DNA of 64,000 nucleotides from a plasmid: sequence record NZ_CP049260.1; one strand, 5' to 3'. Shown piece by piece: positions 59,777 to 64,000 of this stretch (position 1 is its first letter; each line of letters starts with the position of its first letter). The notes under the pieces were generated by a model. It saw only the letters and a program-made list of their open reading frames with translations, ran no database searches and was not told where the DNA came from. The position numbers and the translations under genes were made by a program.

Positions 59777-59905
59777 ACCGGCACCTGTTATTCAGGGTGC
59801 AGCAAAACGCGCGGGCGTCTTACCGCAGGTTTTAAAACGCGCACGCCATTTCACCTTTAAAAAAGTAAAGGCGTGCTAAAGCATATTATTAAAAACAGAA
59901 AGAAA

Positions 59906-59950
59906 TTAACGCAGAGGCGGAGGGAACAGGGCTGTGTGAATAAAAAACAT
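59906..59950 (-). CDS. mgtL-like proline-codon leader peptide (14 aa)
   Basis: MFFIHTALFPPPLR with AAGGAG RBS 9 nt upstream; stop 130 nt before mgtA ATG, same geometry as E. coli mgtL-mgtA. Confidence 0.35.
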   Translation of the reverse strand: MFFIHTALFPPPLR

Positions 59951-60166
59951 AGGTAAGCACTCCTTAATAAAACAAGGATTAACGCCCGGGGTGCAATAAG
60001 ATGAAAACGTACATTGCTGCCCGCCATGAGAGGCAAACAGCGCAGGGATTGTCGCGAGTTTGCCCGTTAATAAATTCCGGTATCGCTGTTCAGAAGGGGA
60101 ATCTCCATCAATAATTTTCCCGCAGTATAATGCGCGCCCCTGTAAAGTAAATGCCTAACGGCCTGA

Positions 60167-60184
60167 GGTTTACAGAGCGTTTAG
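60167..60184 (+). promoter_or_regulatory. PhoP-box-like direct repeat (GGTTTA-N5-CGTTTA)
   Basis: matches (T/G)GTTTA-N5-(T/G)GTTTA but lies on the strand opposite to mgtA and about 150 bp upstream of the inferred TSS. Confidence 0.2.
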
Positions 60185-60343
60185 ATTTTTATTTCAACAC
60201 GCGGCGTACTCAGTTTGAATTCACAGCGGCCTATTATTTCCGGGTTGCGTAAAATCGCATAACGCTTTTTTATTAACGACTACCAGGTTATTTCATAAAA
60301 AGAAAACGGCCTTCATGAGAAATGAAGGCCGTGCGCCAGCCGT

Positions 60344-61465
60344 TTATTCGTCAAAGAACCAGTAGCCCTGATTTATCAGCTCGGTCAGTTCTTCCATAAA
60401 TGCGGGGTGATGCAGCGCGTCACCAAGTTCATGCTGGCTGAGAGCGGTATAACGGCACAGCGCATCTGCCGCGCGCGGGTCGACGGTCTCATACGGCTCG
60501 CTGTTAATGAAAAAGCCGCCGCTGACGTTCAGCACCCGCAGGCCAGAGAGGCGCGTCAGCGTTTCGCCGCCCAGCAGCGCCTCGCGCACCTCTTCAGCGG
60601 TGTACGGCGGTTCGGCAGGCGCAATATCCAGTTCGTGGCGCGGCGTGGTGACGAACGATCCAAACCAGAGGGTGAAATCTTCCGGCTGGTTCATCATCTC
60701 AATCATCATCTGGCGAATACGCTCAAGCTCATACGCCTCGACGCGGCCCGGATGGTCGCGGCAGGTCAGATCCGGGTCGCTGTAGTGCTCGCCGCCCAGA
60801 TCGTTTTCCAGCGCGTAGTCCGCAAAGCTGCTGATTAAATCGCGCCCGTTCGGCCCCCGGAAACCGACGGAGTAATTCAGCGCCGTTTCATGGGTGAAGC
60901 CGTCATGCGGGAATCCGGGCGGAATATAGAGAATATCCCCCGGTTCAAGATCTTCATCGATAATTGGCTCGAACGGATCGACATGCAGCAGCGCCGGATG
61001 CGGGCAGAACTGACGCATCGGCAGCTTGTCGCCCACGCGCCAGCGGCGGCGGCCCATGCCCTGAATAATAAACACGTCGTACTGGTCGATATGCGGGCCG
61101 ACGCCGCCGCCCGGTACGGAATACGAAATCATTAAATCGTCCAGACGCCAGTCCGGCAGCACGCGAAACGGACGCACCAGCTCGGCGGAGGGCGCGTGCC
61201 AGTGGTTCACCGCCTGCGCCAGCAGCGACCAGCCGGTTTCACCCAGCCCGTCGAAATGTTCAAACGGGCCGTGACTGGCGTGCCACTTACCGTTTTTATG
61301 GCTCACCAGGCGGCTGTCGACCTCCGGCTCCATCGCAAGCCCGGCCAGTTCGTCCGGCGTGATCGGGTCAATAAAATTCGCAAACGCCTGTTTCAGTACG
61401 ACAGGTTTTTTCTGCCAGTAGGTTTCTAAAAATTCCGGCCAGTTCAGATTGAGTTGGTAAGCCAT
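60344..61465 (-). CDS. roxA: cupin/JmjC ribosomal oxygenase (50S L16 arginine hydroxylase RoxA/YcfD)
   Basis: 373 aa; N-terminus MAYQLNLNWPEFLETYWQKKPVVLK and Fe-binding HID...H of JmjC fold. Confidence 0.75.
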   Translation of the reverse strand: MAYQLNLNWPEFLETYWQKKPVVLKQAFANFIDPITPDELAGLAMEPEVDSRLVSHKNGKWHASHGPFEHFDGLGETGWSLLAQAVNHWHAPSAELVRPFRVLPDWRLDDLMISYSVPGGGVGPHIDQYDVFIIQGMGRRRWRVGDKLPMRQFCPHPALLHVDPFEPIIDEDLEPGDILYIPPGFPHDGFTHETALNYSVGFRGPNGRDLISSFADYALENDLGGEHYSDPDLTCRDHPGRVEAYELERIRQMMIEMMNQPEDFTLWFGSFVTTPRHELDIAPAEPPYTAEEVREALLGGETLTRLSGLRVLNVSGGFFINSEPYETVDPRAADALCRYTALSQHELGDALHHPAFMEELTELINQGYWFFDE

Positions 61466-61904
61466 AGCATCACACCAGTAAGGATTGAGGGCGCGATTAT
61501 AAGAAGGCCGGGTGGTTCAGCGCCTTGTCATGGGTCAAGCGCCGCCCCTGCGCATTATCAATGCGCCCTGTTTTTCGCTATGATGCGTACTGCTGTTTAC
61601 CGCCGGAGGGCTTATGCATTATCTGCTGGAACTGATTTCCGATCTTATTTTGTACTGGCCAACCCGTAATCCGCCGCCGGAGGGGAGAAACGCCATTCCT
61701 TCGCTCAAACACAAGCCGCTGTTTCGTATGCCCGAGGGCGATCCGCTGAAAAAAGACGAACAGCCCAAAGAGCACGAATAATCGCCTGCGCCTACGCCGC
61801 TAATTATCCCCGAAAACCCCGTTATATCGGCCCATCGCTGCCGCCTGCGCAATGTTACGCTGCGTGATAATCCAGTCATTTTAATAATTTCACGGCAGGT
61901 GATT

Positions 61905-64000
61905 GATGGCGCGTCACGTTTCCGGGCTGCTGAAAGCGGTCTGTTTCCTCTTTGTTTTTGCCGTGCTGTTTGCAGTGACGCTCTCCCCTGCCCGCGCGCT
62001 TTCCACCGCGTGCACGGCGCTGAACGCGGCAAGCCCGGTGAGTTCCGGCCTCAGCACGTACAACGCCAGCAGTTTCAGCGCAGATGAAACCCTCACCGTC
62101 TCGTTTACCGACAGTGGCGCGGGTACAGGCGGCCTGCCGATGAATGCGGATACCGTCATCATGCAATCCCGTGACTTCTCGCAGCATTATCTGGTGCATT
62201 ACAGCTCCGACGGTAATGCGGGGAGTTTCAGCACCACGCTGACCGGCGCACAGCTCACGGCGGGCGGACTCTGGTTAAAAGTCTCAACGGCCAACGGCTT
62301 TATCAGCCCGGTGACTATTTCCTGTACCGCGGCGGTCACGCTCTCCTCCGATGCCACGCTGAGCGGGCTCTCGTTTTCCGGCGGCGCGCTCTCGCCTGGC
62401 TTCTCAGCCAGCAACACCAGCTACCACGCGACGGTCGATTACGCGGTCTCCTCGGTGACGCTGACGCCAGTCACCACCCACGCCGCCGCCACCGTCACCG
62501 TGAATGGCAACGTCGTGTCTTCCGGCTCCGCATCGCCCTCTGTCAACCTGAGCGTGGGTACCAATACCATCACGATCGTCGTGACCGCCGAAGATGGCAC
62601 CACCAAAAACTACAGCGTTGTTATCCAGCGCAACGAGCAGACGCCCGTGGCGGGTAACGTCAGCGCGCAGGTGGCGTCCAACAGTCAGGATAACCCCATT
62701 GCGCTCACGCTCTCCGGCGGTACCGCGACGGCGGTGAATCTGGTTAGCGCGCCGCAGCACGGCACGCTGATGATTTCCGGTACGACGGTTACGTACACGC
62801 CGCTGGCCGGGTATAGCGGCAGCGACAGTTTTACCTACAACGCCAGTAACAGCGCGGGCACCTCGGCGAACGCCACAGCATCGCTGACCATTACCGCGCC
62901 CGCTGCCGTGACGATATCGCCCGCCAGCGGCGCACTCGCGCCTGCCACCGTGGGCAGCGCCTGGTCGCAGAACGTTTCCGTCACCGGCGGCACAGCGCCT
63001 TATACCTGGACAGCGCATGGCCTGCCGGCAGGTATCACGCACAACAGCGCGACCGGCGTGCTCTCCGGTACGCCCACCACGTCCGGCAGTTTCAGCATTT
63101 CGCTGACCGCGCAGGATGCCAGCGGCGTTTCCGGTACCGTAACCTATACGCTGGTGGTATCGAACGGCGCACCGACTGCCGCCACGCTCGCGGTGACGCC
63201 AGCGGCGGGCACGCTCCCCTCCGGCACCGTTGGCACAGCCTTATCGCAAACTTTCGCCGTCAGCGGCGGCGCAGCGCCGTATCGCTGGCAGCTGAGCGGC
63301 TCGCTACCCGCAGGGCTCACTTTCTCCGACGGCCTCCTGAAAGGCACGCCGGGCGTGGCAGGCGACAGCGCCTTTACGCTGTCAGTCACCGATGCGAACG
63401 GCGCCACGGTTCACGCGGCCTACACGCTGCACATTAACGCCGCGGCGGCACAGGCGGTGGATCAGAGCGCGTCGCTCTCTGCCGGGCGCGTTACCCGCGT
63501 GTCGCTCACGCGCGGTGCCACCGGCGGCCCGTTCACCGGTGCGCGTCTGCTGACAGCTCCGGATAAACGCCAGGGCACGGCCAGCATCCAGCCGCAGGGT
63601 AGCGATTACGAACTGACATTTACCGCCGCGCCGCAGGCCAGTGGTACCGTTGTACTGCGCTATGTGCTGTTAAGTGCTTCGGGCATCACGCCGCCTGCGA
63701 CCATTACGTTCTCCATCGCCTCACGCCCCGATCCGTCGAAAGACGCCAGCGTGACGGGCACCGTCAGCGCGCAATACCAGGCGGCGCAGAACTTCGCCCG
63801 CGCGCAAATCCGCAACTTTAACGATCGCCTTGAACAGCTGCACGGCAGCGAAGACGTACCGTCCAGTCTGAATGGCGTGCATTTCGCCCTGCCCACCTCG
63901 CCGGCGGAACGCGGGCTGGATACCGATCTCTGGAACGCCGCGCTTCAGCAGCAGGCGCAGCTGGATGCGCAGAACAGTCTGCCGCCCGCGCTGCCATTTG
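61905..64000 (+). CDS. large surface adhesin / probable autotransporter passenger with cadherin-like and Ig-like repeats (5' part; continues beyond window)
   Basis: signal peptide MARHVSGLLKAVCFLFVFAVLFAVTLSPARA; tandem about 100 aa repeats with putative-Ig signature (GxAYSQxxxxTGGTAPYTW / GGAAPYRWQL); open to window end; absent from ORF track. Confidence 0.6.

Noticed and set aside
60121-60136. Perfect TATAAT hexamer on the plus strand near the PhoP-like box
   Set aside because: Wrong strand for mgtA and no downstream plus-strand gene; likely fortuitous in AT-rich leader DNA
61905-64000. CRISPR array suspected from repetitive sequence
   Set aside because: Repeats are about 300-nt protein-coding repeats of an adhesin in a single open frame, not short direct repeats with spacers; no CRISPR array anywhere in the window

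Overview
High-GC (about 58-60%) Enterobacteriaceae-like chromosomal segment (Klebsiella/Enterobacter-type gene content; genus not determinable from the sequence alone). Core metabolic, transport and regulatory genes are interspersed with several lower-GC accessory islets. Main content, in order: ABM/ACT/ArsR-type small genes, an alpha/beta hydrolase, a PTS EIIBC + ManD-family dehydratase + GntR triad, a GGDEF cyclase, an orphan hcp islet, trkH-like, arsRBC, dapA-like, a MocR regulator, a decayed T6SS cluster (tssB, tssC, truncated tssK, tssF, tssG, tssJ), an scsABC-like disulfide/copper locus, an AT-rich islet with an orphan SUKH immunity gene, an iron-type ABC importer, an MFS gene, a tyrosine-integrase-linked three-gene operon, two chemoreceptors, guaD, an IS630-like MITE, a GST, a Clp-like AAA+ fragment protein, mgtA with a proline-rich leader peptide, roxA/ycfD and the 5' part of a large repeat adhesin. 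The most interesting candidate is the integrase-linked, translationally coupled operon at 37962..44150: unknown protein + two-HKD PLD nuclease + SNF2-like SF2 helicase. It looks like an uncharacterised anti-MGE defence system, related in parts to DISARM, Mokosh and SauUSI but matching none of them. No CRISPR array, rRNA or tRNA was found. All calls rest on reading the translated ORFs and sequence motifs by eye; no database search could be run. The ORF track omits ORFs that run off the window ends; two such partial genes are listed.
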